From Nemertoderma westbladi (taxonomy: Eukaryota > Animalia > Xenacoelomorpha): a DNA stretch of 64,000 bases. The notes under the pieces were generated by a model. The model worked only from the letters and a program-made list of their open reading frames with translations, had not been told where the DNA came from and made no database searches. Location of the stretch: NCBI GenBank assembly GCA_032718475.1, contig JAUCBJ010002291.1, positions 1-64,000 on the forward strand. The letters run 5' to 3'. Positions 37,055 to 49,375 of this stretch are shown in pieces. Position 1 is the first letter of the stretch, and every line of letters begins with the position of its first letter. The translations under genes and the position numbers were made by a program.

Positions 37055-40000
37055 ATGTCAGACGCAACCCAATCACTGTTAGATAGTCTCTTAGAAAGTG
37101 TTAGAATGAGTATTAGACTTAGACAGCGTATTAAAAGGATCTGTGACCAAGATCAAAGTATAGAACATCCTAGATCCAAGTCTAAGTCACCTACTATTGT
37201 AAGAAAGGCCATCCCTACAGTAGTAGTGTCAGACCCTAGGCTAGTAGAACAGCGTAGGTCTATCATCGGCACTCGGGCCCAAGTCAAGCGGGATCAAGAA
37301 GCAGCTATCAAACAGCAGCAACCTCCTAGCCAAGAACCTAGTTCTCAGCGGCCCGATAGCTCCAGTAGTTCGGATACTGTTGAGCGGACGCCCGAACACG
37401 GAGCGAAGATGGCAGATACGGTTTATGATGAGCGGCCAACCTTTGAAGAATCAACCGACGCCACTTCTTCTCAAGAAGAAAGCGAAGTGACAGCGGGGGA
37501 GCCGCGAAAGAGAGACGCTATTGATATTTATCTGTCAGACTATCAGCGATTCCTAGGAGACGAAGAGTTGAGGAGACGACTGTCTGGACTTCGCCCTAAT
37601 AGTGAAGGAACCAAGCTTGTGTTGGACGCAATCGATGCGGAAATGTTAGCTGCGAACCAAGCTGAATTTGATGAAAAACTCCGCCTCGCTAGAGTCCAGG
37701 AAGAACAAGTAAAGAAAAGACGGATAGAGGACCGAAAGGCAGCAGCAGTAGCAGAGGCAAGGGCAGTGGCAGAAGCAGAACGGAGAGCGTCTGAGGAGAC
37801 TACCCAACTGGAGTTGGAAAATCTGCAAGAGACGCAAGACAACATAAATAAACAATTAACTGCTAGTCAAATGCAGATGATGAGTCGATCTACTCCCAAA
37901 CGCCAAGAATACACATCATCGGAAGAAGGCGAGACCACCGATCCTGAAGGCGGAGGAAATAGATCTCGTCTAAGTAGGCGTAGAAAAACATCTCATCGTC
38001 ACAAATTGCCTGATTTGCCCCCAGCGGTTAGAAGACAACTAGCTAGCACAGACTTAGGTAATACAGAACCCACAGACCAAATTATTAAGGTCAAAAGACT
38101 CCCTACGATAGTTGATGAGCCTGAAATAATTAGGCCTGTCGTTCCCAAAGCCACTCCTGTGCTAGAGACCCCTGTACTTCCAGAGCTTAACTCTAAATCC
38201 CCTTTACACAGTACTACACTGCCTGTACCCGGTAGAACAGTCCATGAGAATATCCCTGTCCTGGACGCTGAGAGAGAAATCAAAGATTTGTCTCCCGTCG
38301 TCCCGCGTCTGCCCGCTACAATGTTGGCGACTCCCGCTTCGGCGGTCGAGTGGGTAGAGGAGGGACGGCGGGGGATGAATCTCCTGCTCGGACAGATGCA
38401 GGAGACTGTCCACCAACTCAAGGGAACATTAAGGGAAAGTAGGGTAGAATTGCAAGAAGTGCAGCAAAGCATCGCGCTAGAACGCGACAAATTAGTCAAT
38501 ATACAAAAGGGTATACCAATACCCCCTGTAACATTGTGTCAACCTGTTAGGTCTGAAGTATTACATGCGCAAGGTGTGGAGCCTATACGCATCTATACTG
38601 CTAGTGAAGTAGAAACTCCTATAGCAAACCCTATTAAGGGTGATTATAAACCTGTTGTTGATGATATTCCCTATAGACCTGATAATAATCCGGGAAATTT
38701 ATATACCGATAATTCGATATTAAATAACACGATGGCCCAAGAAAGCTTTACGCGTCAGATGGCTAGAACAGAAGCCCGCCAAGCGGTCAAAGTGGGAGAA
38801 ATCGTCAAATTCAATGGAGATGAGATGAAAATGGTTACCTTTTAATGAATATTACAAAGATAGCATACAGAACTCTGTACTATCTAACGGAGAGAAACTT
38901 AGATTCCTCATCGAGTGTTTGGAAGGACCTCCCAAGTTAATGGCGTTAAAGTTTATTGGACATCCAGATGGATTAAGACAAGTTTGGGATACATTAAACA
39001 TCAGGTATGGTAACAAGGATAACATAGCTAAGTATTTGTATGCAAAATTAGTAGCCCCCCGAAAGTTCCTTAGTAACGGGATTATAGAGTTTTCCGATGA
39101 GATTCAGGAGATCTGTAGACAATTGGATTGGTTAGGTAAGTCTCATGAATATCAGAGTTCCATGGTTATTGGAGCCGTAGTCTCTACTTTACCAAAGGGT
39201 GGAGTATGTACACGCTGGGACAAGAAAGTGTTGTATATGAATGACCAGCAACGACGAGGCCCTACCATGGCTGATCTCATGTCCTTCTTAGATAGTGAAG
39301 TAAAATTACAACTCATAAAGCAGTCCAGAGAGAAAACATCGGAAAATAAGGTAAGTGAGAAACCCGTTTCTAGGAGAAGGGTAACACCAGTGTGTTATAC
39401 TGACGACGGCGAAAGCCAAGTCTCTCAGGAAGAGGACAGCGGGAAAGACACAGCAAAATCTTACTATGATAACAAGACCTATAAAGACGTAAGTAAATAT
39501 AAGTCTCGAACCAGGGACAGAAGAGAACAGGTAACAACAACTCCTCCTACGTCTCCTAAGAGAATTCAAGGAAGAAAGCCCGAAGAAAGAACGAGAGTGC
39601 ATAACGTTGCCCCAGGTAAAGTGAGTAACATCAAACCAAAATGTGCGCTGTGCGACGGGCCCCACCGTTTGAGTGTGTGTGCTGAATTCCTAAAGAAATC
39701 CCTGGTAGACAGACGTGAAGTCATGTGGGATAAGCGGTTATGCTATAATTGCCTCAGACAAGGACACCAACGGCGAACCTGTTACTCCGACGTAAGGTGT
39801 GCAAAGTGCGGTGCGAAATATCACATCTTGTTACACAGTGAATTCGAACGAAACAACCCGAGTCAGGTAAGTGAGCCCGAACTACATGTCCAATTCAGTG
39901 ATGTAAATGACACTGATCAAGAATCTGAGATGGAAGGATTCTATACGGACGAATTCTCCGACGCCAACGAATCCTGTTACCTAATAAATACCGCAGTGTA

Positions 40001-40667
40001 TCGAGCACTTACGTATGAAAAGGACACCGACAATGAGTTCCCCCCAACTACCTTTGACAGACAACCATCTTGGAAACCTCCAACTTCCAACGTAGGAATC
40101 AGAGAATTTCCTGTGGTGCAGGTAAGAGTTCACGGTCCTAACAAAAGTTACATAGTGAACGCCCTCCTTGACTCCGGCAGCACAGGAACATTCATCGATC
40201 AAGAACTAGCCGAAGACATATTTGCTGGACAACCCAAATTCCGAACTAAGTTGAATATGTCAGGAATTATGCAGGTGAAATCTACCATAACGGCAGATTA
40301 CTATGTAGGTGTGTTGTCCACCCCCCAGGATAAATTAGGAGAACAAAGTATAAGGTCAGTAAAAATGGTGGCTATAAAGAACTTCGCTACTACCCAAGTA
40401 GAACCTTATAACTGGGACGAGGACGAGAGCATCCAGCAGCTTAAGATACCTCGATTCCACACAGATTATCCTGGAGTGCAAATACTCATCGGCCAAAACG
40501 CGCATGAGGCGCTAGAGACATTGGAGAACAGCGGAGAAAGTAACACAACAACTCAATCGCCCAGCTGGTCGTTTATGTTTACTGGAAAGAGACCGAAAAC
40601 TGTCCGGAAACTATGGAAGGCAAGATACTCTTCCTACGACCACTTCCCTAATCCGACAAATATCTAG
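37055..40667 (+). pseudogene. gag: Element B gag-protease (frameshift near 38845), fused by deletion to the integrase C-terminus
   Basis: Coiled coil; IVKFNGD...EKLRFLIECLEGPP (DUF1759-like); CALCDGPHRLSVC, CYNCLRQGHQRRTC, CAKCGAKYHILLH; ALLDSGSTGTFI; ILIGQN; then, in another frame at ~40530-40590, TAEKVTQQLNRPAGRLCLLE (BEL integrase end). Confidence 0.9.
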
Positions 40668-42258
40668 GGACTCCATAACGTAATAACATATGGAGTGGGC
40701 GTGTGACTATATCATTTTATATTTGTTTTTATTTTATATTTATGTATGTATTATTATGTAATTTTATTATAATCGTTTTCTTTAATTTTATTTAGTAGAA
40801 TGTTATTTTAGTGATTATTTAGTAGATTAGTGCAATATATTAGTGTTTATTACGTACGTAATTACTTATAATATATATTTAGTGCGACGGCGAGAAATAA
40901 TTATTTTTTCTCTTTCCTTACTGTCCGTATCATATTATAAATACATGACTACAGTAAGATGAAATGTCCGTACTTATTAAAGTACAATAAAGCCACTACT
41001 ACATTCAAGTATTATTGGTAGGCAGAGTATTAGGAATGCAAAGTTCAGATCCTCGTGTCTCGGCTAAACCAAGCTCTGGGTAGACCTTGGAAACGACTTG
41101 CCTCTTCACACTGACATTGCTTTGTGCGATATTACGCTCATACCATATATAATAATACATATAGTAGTGTGATGTCCCTCTAACAGTAGCGTGAAACGCA
41201 AATAAATCTGTTAAACCTTTTGACCATCTGTAATTCTAGTCGATTAAGATATCGCGGCACCCACCGATATACTTGAAAGACAAATTCTAGAATCAGTGGT
41301 TAACGTCCCCAGACAAGTTCTGGAATAAATTGGTGCCCATCTCAAATATTAATTATTTAATATTTATAAATCTATAAATCAAAATCTGTAAAATTCAGAT
41401 CCTTTAACAATTCTAGTCGATTAAGATATCGTAGCCCTTACCGATACTCTTAAAAGACAATTTTCATAGAATTAAGGATCCTATGTCCCCAGACCTGCTC
41501 TGGAATCAAATTGTGTCAATTGCACTATCAAATAATAAAATTTCAGGGAATAAATTTGAATTCATATTTTAATGAATTTAATAAATTGTCATTCTGTGCA
41601 ATTTATAACATTCCCAAAATTCCATTAATTAATAGATCATGGGAGCGGAGATTCATCCTATTGAGTGTATTAGAGTGCGAGAATCTCCAACATATAGTCA
41701 ATAGCCGATAAAATTTATAAAATCATATATAAACGAGATATTGGACCATTAAAGAATTACTATTAAATAGCATCCCAGATCTGTATGCATTGGAATTACC
41801 CTAATTCTACCGCTAGCTTTCCATAATGTCACCATAGTAACACCCACGCTAGAATTAGAAACAAGTTAAAAGGAACAATAAAAACTTGCCCATTACATAG
41901 AGTAAGAAATAAATAGCGCACTGCTAGTATCCAAGGATACATAATAATAACGTGGCATTCTGGAAGGCACTGACTAACGGACAAATGGCCCGAGTGTGTG
42001 CAATCAATTTGTGACAGTTGTGTGTGTGGAGTTTGTGAGTTTATAGGCGAATGTTACTACTAAAGTGTGTTTACAGTAGCGAGTCGCAATTGTGAAAGTA
42101 ACCCTAACTCTCCAGTAAGAACCTGAAGTGAATCTAAGCCTTTGGGACGGACAGTGGAGTGACTCGTGCTAGCGTCGTTGTCGTTGTGTAGCTACACGTT
42201 GGCGGAAAACACAGCGACGACGATACATTTGCGCTGAGCATCTTACACTGTCCGGGGG

Positions 42259-42310
42259 CTGATTGGGGTAGGCAGCGACGCTCGCTAGCCTAATTATAAG
42301 CTCATTATAA
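42259..42310 (+). promoter_or_regulatory. Putative internal promoter of accessory gene B (inverted CCAAT, GACGCTCGC, TATA)
   Basis: CTGATTGG...GACGCTCGC...TAATTATAAGCTCAT; last 15 nt match LTR 33981-33995 at 14/15; layout shared with element C. Confidence 0.5.
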
Positions 42311-42345
42311 TATTAATAAACTCATATATAGCAGATATAACGGAG

Positions 42346-43623
42346 TTGATAGAAGATGGTCTTGGTATCGGGGAGCGATATACTCTACCTTTACAAGTGT
42401 TTGTTGATAGTTTGATACGCGGCGACGCTAGTCCAACTACTACGGAGGACGATGGTCGTTATATCGAACCGACGATTTCCTCGAAGCAACTTACGCGTGA
42501 ATTGGACTATGGAAAATTCGCCGCTCGCTATACGCATCGTAATAGTACGTATATGGACTTCTTAACCATTGGCCATTCTATCGATTCACACGATACGGAC
42601 TATGTCGAACATATATCCTACCCAGCGGAGTCGGAACGATAAACTGAAATTCGAATGCGAAAATTCTATTCGAAATCGACTCGAAAGAAAAGACATTAGA
42701 GAGATAAATGGACGCGGTAACTCTAACGTATATTTGGAATTCTTGATAGAAGCATTGTAACAACAAATAAATATCATCCGCGTTTCCCCTACCAGACATG
42801 CGTCTTTGGTATTATTACGATAAATGCCCTAGACCCAACTAATAAACGGAAAGACATAAACATCCATGGAAACCGAAACTTGTTCGACATATCACCTACG
42901 CTCGCTCGACTCAGACGATCCTTGAGTAAACCCACGATCATAGTTCCGGAATACTCGGTCAGACCACCTCGTTCCTTGATTAGACCTCAGACTTTCGATT
43001 CTGATGGTATCCCGGATCCTCACGAGCTGTATTCACTGTTCAAAGATCTAGTGCTACCCTAACAATTAATCGGTAACACTCCGGCAGCGAGCTCTAGCTA
43101 GCCGCCCATCTTACCTAGCCGTATTGGGACGCGGACACCTAATATCACCATTCAACCATATGGTCGTCCCAGTTTAATGCGATACAACCCTTCATCAAGG
43201 TGAAGGAGAGCGTTGTACGAAACGAGTTAAACGCTATTCTACAAAGATCAGAAAGGAAACCTGCGTTTGTTCAGATAAACGTAAGTTATAACAGCAAGTC
43301 CAAGCGGTAAACGAATTGGCTTTATCTCAGTTCGATTGGGAAATCTTGAATCTCTAAGAAGATATCGAGCTTAGACAACCCTATTCTCTGCGAGAGTTTT
43401 GGACGAGCGTGTCCAACGACAAGCGGAGGAAAATCAGCTCGAGGAGAAGCAGATCGAAATGGACGAGACACTGACCGTAACCCTAAACCTTCTGATGCAA
43501 TTGTATTGCACTCTTCACCCAGGAGTTATAGCCCTCCTAGTAAAGTGGCTCGCTCCAAAGAGAAAAAGACTCTTGCTAGTCTCAAGAAACTGCGTAAACG
43601 CCGTCCGCGCAAGAAAAACTAAC
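42346..43623 (+). pseudogene. Element B accessory gene, internally deleted (N-domain + basic C-terminus only)
   Basis: DGRYIE...YGKFAARYTHRNSTYMDFLT vs C: SGNYIE...YHEFILKYTERDGSYNSFLT; KPTIIVPEYS...LYSLFKDLV vs C: KPMIHVPEFS...LYFRDLV; ends KKLRKRRPRKKN*. Confidence 0.68.
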
Positions 43624-43699
43624 TGTTTAGAGTATCTTTATATTTTAGAAACTGTGATTTTTATATTTTATAGACTAAAATCCCATTTTCTGGGAGCGG

Positions 43700-44838
43700 T
43701 GTAAAAGCTTTTGCGGAATTGCCCGGTTATTTTTCCCCGTAAAGTACTCTGTAGTTGGTTTAGCAGGCATAAAAGGCCGTGTCATTGCTGTACCGGTGTT
43801 TTTAGGGGACATAAAAGCTATTTCTTCTGTATGTGTACTTTAGAGGACATAATTAGCAATTCTATGACGCAACGCCCTAGATCCTCTTGAAACAGTGTCG
43901 TTACTATGACGACAGCTAACGGCTGAGCTTTACATGTGTAGCTTGCCCGGAGCCTTGCCTTGGTTCTTTGTTCTGCTCAGCTCAAAATGACGACATCTAT
44001 CAGCTGTGTCCACTTGGAGCTTTTTGCCATTCGATGGTTATCTCGGTTTTGCACCTCGGTCTTGGTCAACTCGGTTAACTCGGTACTGACTACAGCACCA
44101 CGGTTTTGCACCTCGGCATATGATTAAGCACCCTGACGTAAACTGCTTTTCGCCGCATTATTTACTGCTATTTACTGTGTTGTTAATTGTATCGTTCGTT
44201 TACATATTATTATTGGGAAGAATATTGATAACGATCCAAAAACCCAATCTTCTTGAACACTAAGGTTAGAGAGACCGGTTACATATAACAATTTGCGACA
44301 TACATTATCGTGGTTTGTAGTGAGTTCAATGCTACTTAATAGGCCCTACAAATGTCGGTTGTTATTCTCTTTATATATGATTAAAATCAGTGAATGTCGG
44401 CAATTCAGTGTGCAGTTGTGTGCAATAGTCTGCGTGTGCTTGACCGAGTAACAAAGCATTTCCTAAAGAATGCACTTTGGTGATCTATAAGACATACCGT
44501 TGTGTATAGTGTAAGTCATAGCTCTGTTTAAATAGATAGAGCGCCACGTCCTAAAGGAACTGCTAATATTTCCCAAAAGGTGAATAATATTTGTCAGAGA
44601 TTATATATTAACGATCAATCGAATAGTACGGTAGGCCTGCACCGCAATCAAATTAAACCATCCAAATCCAGTCTCCCGGGTATATCCAGCGGGTGAATGG
44701 TCGCGCACAGACTGGCTTTGGCTAATGTTAGAATTATTATAGGTGTTCAATACTTGTCATAGGCTGGAGTAGATTTATAACCTAGAAGACATATAGATTT
44801 GGCGGGTTAAACTGCCAAAGGTCTTAAAAGCGCGAACA
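43700..44838 (+). repeat. 3' LTR of element B (1139 bp, lacks ~139 bp)
   Basis: Nearly identical to the 5' LTR except for loss of ~33861-33999. Confidence 0.95.
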
Positions 44839-45155
44839 ATATTTGCTTTATTGCGGCCTACTTAAAATATTTGCTTTATTGGGGCCTACTTAAAATATTT
44901 GCTTTATTGCGGCCTACTTAAAATATTTGGTTTATTGCGGCCTACTTAAAATATTTGCTTTATTGCGGCCTACTTAAAATATTTGCTTTATTGCGGCCTA
45001 CTTAAAATATTTGCCTTATTGCGGCGTACTTAAAATATTTGCTTTATTGCGGCCTACTTAAAATATTTGCTTTATTGCGGCCTACTTAAAATATTTGTCT
45101 TATTGCGGCCTACTTAAAATATTTGCTTTATTGCGGCCTACTTAAAATATTTGCT
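44839..45155. repeat. 28 bp tandem array, right arm (~11 copies)
   Basis: Same unit as 33082-33526. Confidence 0.96.
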
Positions 45156-45714
45156 GCGTCCTAATCAAGAAAATTTATGTCGATTATTATGCTATGAAAT
45201 TGCAATAATGCAACAGGCATAGCTTCAATTTTACATAATTATGAATGTTTAAATGAATATGAATATTTGAATATTAAAATATTATTTATTATTTGTTTCC
45301 TTTTGGTGTACATCCATATCCAACCAATATCCCTAGGAGGCTGATATTGATTGGACGTACAGTTAATTTGAGGTAAATTCACCAAATATGTATTAAACTG
45401 ACGGCAGGCTTTACTATTATTTTTCAAGATCTAAGAAATATAATAGATCTACTCGCTATTATATAGAGAAATTCTGTATTGTATTTGTATTTGTGAGTGT
45501 GAAGTCGGTTGGTTGGGCGTTTTTTCTGTTCTTCTCCTATTTTTTTCAATTTTCGCACCCTTCCCCCTACAGTCACTCGGCTATCCTGCCTGAGCCATCC
45601 GCCAGAACCTATTCCTTACAAGAATTCCCCTCTTCCTATTATCATCTCACTTACACCCACCCCCCTAGCACACGCATCCCTTGTTGTCTTTCACTTCTGT
45701 ACATGACTGACAAC

Positions 45715-45855
45715 TAGTTCGGTTTTAAATCCAAACTCGGTACGGATAGTTGTATTTATTCCCTTAAAGGAATTACTAAATTATTAATTGGAGAATGGAA
45801 TGAAGTCCTGTGTATGTTAGATGCATCTAAGGCTTTTGACAGAGTGAACTTTGTT
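45715..45855 (+). mobile_element. Small LINE RT fragment
   Basis: Translates FGFKSKLGTDSCIYSLK...MLDASKAFDRVN. Confidence 0.65.
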
Positions 45856-46094
45856 TAAAAAGTTCTTATAGCGGAATATTCTGAATACTCGGAATAGTGT
45901 CAACAAAATGTACATGCACCGCCAGAGACACAGCGACTATCACTAATAAAAACACCAGACTGTATCACCTGGAGTAGTGTCTATAATGTTGATCGATCAG
46001 TGGGGGGCATCCTTTACACTGGCAGAAACAACCATAGCGACAAAGTTGTTATTATGACTACAACCACCGATTTGGATGTGAAGAAGGAGTGTAC

Positions 46095-46230
46095 TTTTTG
46101 TGTCGATCTTGTAACCAATTTTATTGTGTATCATTTATTGTATTGTTTAGGAAAAAACCACCTCTGTAACATGGTCCTTTCCCATGATTGGTCTATTTTA
46201 TGTATCGACCATGTAACCAATTCTATTGTG
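46095..46230. repeat. Left remnant of the minisatellite that continues at 48375
   Basis: TTTTATTGTGTATCATTTATTG...CATGATTGGTCTATTT...TATCGACCATGTAACC, same unit as 48375-49375. Confidence 0.8.
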
Positions 46231-48375
46231 AAGTCCACCCGATGGTATAATGTTTCTGTGGAGACTGACATCACAGCTTTCCAGCTCCATGTATCATTTG
46301 CCTGGATGTGGAGTTGGGTGCGACTTTGTAAGCCTACTAGAGAGCGAGGCCAATACGTTTGCACAGAATTTAGAAAATAACCTCTCAGATGCTCGATTAG
46401 GTTACTGAAAGATTACTGCTTCTAGAAGGAATTCTTCTTCATCAGGATCCACACGTTAAGAAAGCAGTAGATAAACGTCGGCTGCTTCTGCGAAAGCATG
46501 ACTTTGTGGCTATCTGGGAATGTCATGTTGCTGCAGGAAGCAGATGTAATTTTCTCACAAGCAAAGCGAAAATCAAATTCAGCCGTGGAGAAAGAATAGA
46601 CTGTTCGAGTGTTTACCCGGATTATGCTGGATGGTAAAGGAATGCTGAAGGGAGTCTGATTCACTAAAGGACAAACATTCCACAGCTTCCACCCCTGAGT
46701 GGAGGTGGAAGTCCAATTAGTGCTGACTCCACTCATTGACAGGACTTTCTGCTCCGTTTTGAGGCACACAGTGAGAGGCTGTACAGCGTACTGCAATTGC
46801 CAGCATCACCAGATTGCTCGCTAAAAAGGTAGCTCGGTGGGAAGCAATGAGGGCCCTCATGTTTGGGAGACTAATCGCTCTGGACAAGGGTCCAGAGGTG
46901 CAACACAATGGTATAGGGGAGATACTGGGCTGAATTCTCTGTCATGCGATGGTGCGTGCCACTTGTACACTCATGACTGCCACCTGTGAGGAGCAACTCT
47001 CTGCCGGGACGTCAGCTGGGGGTTGAGGCCGCAGTCCACTCCATGACCACTTTGTTCGAAAGCCGATCTGAGGATGGATGGGGAGTGCTGCTCGTGGATG
47101 TGTCAAATACATTTAACTCCCTCATTAGGACCCCTGCACTTTGGAATGTGCATTGGTTATAGCCATGGTGCTCAACATTCCTGTTCAATTGCTACCGCAG
47201 GCATAGTATTCTGACAATGTGGGGTACAAATACTGTATTATTCAGCGAGGAGGGAGCGATGCAGGGAGACCCTTTGGCAATGCTGTTTTATGCCGCCAGA
47301 GTTCTCCCATTGATCCGCCTCCTCAGTGCCCCATCAGTGTACCAGAACTGGTTTGCCGACGACTCGGCCAGGGTGGTCGATCTCAGTGCATTACTCGAAT
47401 GGTTTGAGAAGCTCCTGTCACTTGGATCCTCTTTTCCCAGAACATATGACCAGTGGCTGGATCATCACACTACCACTCGCCAAGTATGAATTCACCCTAT
47501 CCCCAAGCGAATTCAACGACGGCCTTGCCATCAGATATGGCTGACCACTTACGTGCCCAGCCGCTGCGATGGCTGCGGGGCCCCCTTCGACCTCAACCAT
47601 GGGTTGAATTGTAAATCAGGGGGCATTGTTATCCAGCGGTACAATGAGCTCCAGGACACAGTCAGTTATATAGCTGCCCAGGCATTCAGACCGCGGAATG
47701 TTATACAGGAACCAGTTGTCCAAGAGCAATACAAGTACACCCCTGGAGAGGCCAACAGACTCCGCTGTAACCTGGAAATCCGGGGCACATTCAACCTGCA
47801 GACTCAGGCATTGATTGTCGTCAGGCTAACTCGGTGTGACGTGACCCATTGACAGTCTTCGAAGGAGCTGAAGACACTAAGAGGCAACTCTATTCAGCAG
47901 CAGTGGAGATGCGACATGGTGACTTTACCCCATTTGTGGCACTTTGTGATAGGCTTATTGCTCCTCACGGCAACCAGCTGCTTTGTGTCCTTACGTGTCG
48001 TCTGAGTCAGGTATGGGTGAAGCCTTACAGCGCAGCGTGGTAATGGGGTGGGCAGACAGCGATTCCAGTTCGCTATAATTCGAGGCGTTTCTCGCTGCCT
48101 TCGTGGATCCTGGATCAAGTGGCGCTCTGGACTCCGGACGCTCTGGACTCCAGACGCTCTGGACTCCGGACGCTCTGGACTCCGGACGCTCTGGACTCCG
48201 GACGCTTTGGACTCCGGACGCTCTGGACTCCGGACGCTCTGGACTCCGGACGCTCTGGACTCCGGACGCTATGGACTCCAGACGCTATGGACCAGGACTA
48301 TTTGCCAGGGTTATAAACTATTATTATATTATATTCTAAACTAATACTTCAGAAATTCCATTATATAAACTCTTG
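46231..48375 (+). mobile_element. Decayed CRE-like non-LTR retrotransposon (RT + zinc finger + RLE endonuclease)
   Basis: VEAAVHSM...VLLVDVSNTFNSL; EEGAMQGDPLAMLFYA; WFADD; CDGCGAPFDLNHGLNCKSGG...RYNE; QEPVV; K..LY...FTPFV; end IRGVSRCLRGSWIKWRS. Confidence 0.75.
48122..48292. repeat. 16 bp tandem repeat (~10 copies) at the CRE ORF end
   Basis: GGACTCCGGACGCTCT repeated. Confidence 0.95.
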
Positions 48376-49375
48376 ACCATTCTATTGTGTATCGTTTATT
48401 GTTTTGGTTAGAAAACATCACCTCTGTAACATGTTCCTTTTCCATTATTGGTCTATTTTCTGTATCGACCATGTAACCATTTATAATGAGTATCGTTTAT
48501 TGTTTTGGTTTGAAAACACCGCCACTGTAACCTGTATCTTTTTTATTGGGTATCATTTATTGTTTTGGTTAGAAAACATCGCCATTGTAACCTGTTTCTT
48601 TACCATGATTGGTGTATTTTCTGTATTGACCATGTAACCAATTTTATTGAGTATTGTTTAATGTTTTGGTTAGAAAATATCGCTACTTCTAACCTGTATA
48701 TTTTGAATTGGGTATCATTTATTGTTTTGGTTAGAAAACGCTGTCACTGTAAACTGTTTCTTTCGCATGATTGGTGCATTTTCTGTATCGACCATGTAAC
48801 CATTTTGTATTGAGTATCGTTTATTGTTTTGGTTTGAAAACACCGCCACTGTAACCTGTATCTTTTTTATTGGGTATCATTTATTGTTTTGGTTAGAAAA
48901 CATCGCCATTGTAACCTGTTTCTTTACCATGATTGGTGTATTTTCTGTATTGACCATGTAACCAATTTTATTGAGTATTGTTTAATGTTTTGGTTAGAAA
49001 ATATCGCTACTTCTAACCTGTATATTTTTAATTGGGTATCATTTATTGTTTTGGTTAGAAAACGCTGTCACTGTAAACTGTTTCTTTCGCATGATGGGTG
49101 CATTTTCTGTATCGACCATGTAACCATTTTGTATTGAGTATCGTTTATTGTTTTGGTTAGAAAACACTGCCACTGTAACCTGTATATTTTTAATTGGGTA
49201 TCATTTATTGTTTTGGTTGGAAAACGCTGTCACTCTACCTGTTTCTTCCCCCTGATTGGTGTATTTTCTGTATCGATCATGTAACCAGTTGTATTGAATA
49301 TTGTTTATTGTTTTGGTTACAAAACACCGCCACTGTAAACTGTTTCTTTACCATGATTGGTCTATTTTCTGTAGG
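48375..49375. repeat. Minisatellite with alternating ~102 and ~60 bp monomers and a 324 bp higher-order repeat
   Basis: TTATTGTTTTGGTT(A/T)GAAAA anchors spaced ~102/59/101/62; ORFs 48565-48813 and 48889-49137 nearly identical, 324 bp apart. Confidence 0.9.

Larger units (their letters stand above)
33527..44838 (+). mobile_element. BEL/Pao LTR retrotransposon B (11.3 kb, young, non-autonomous)
   Basis: TGT...ACA LTRs 33527-34804 and 43700-44838, perfect 5-bp TSD ATATT (33522-33526, 44839-44843), PPT-like TGGGAGCGG before the 3' LTR, BEL gag with three zinc knuckles and protease. Confidence 0.95.
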
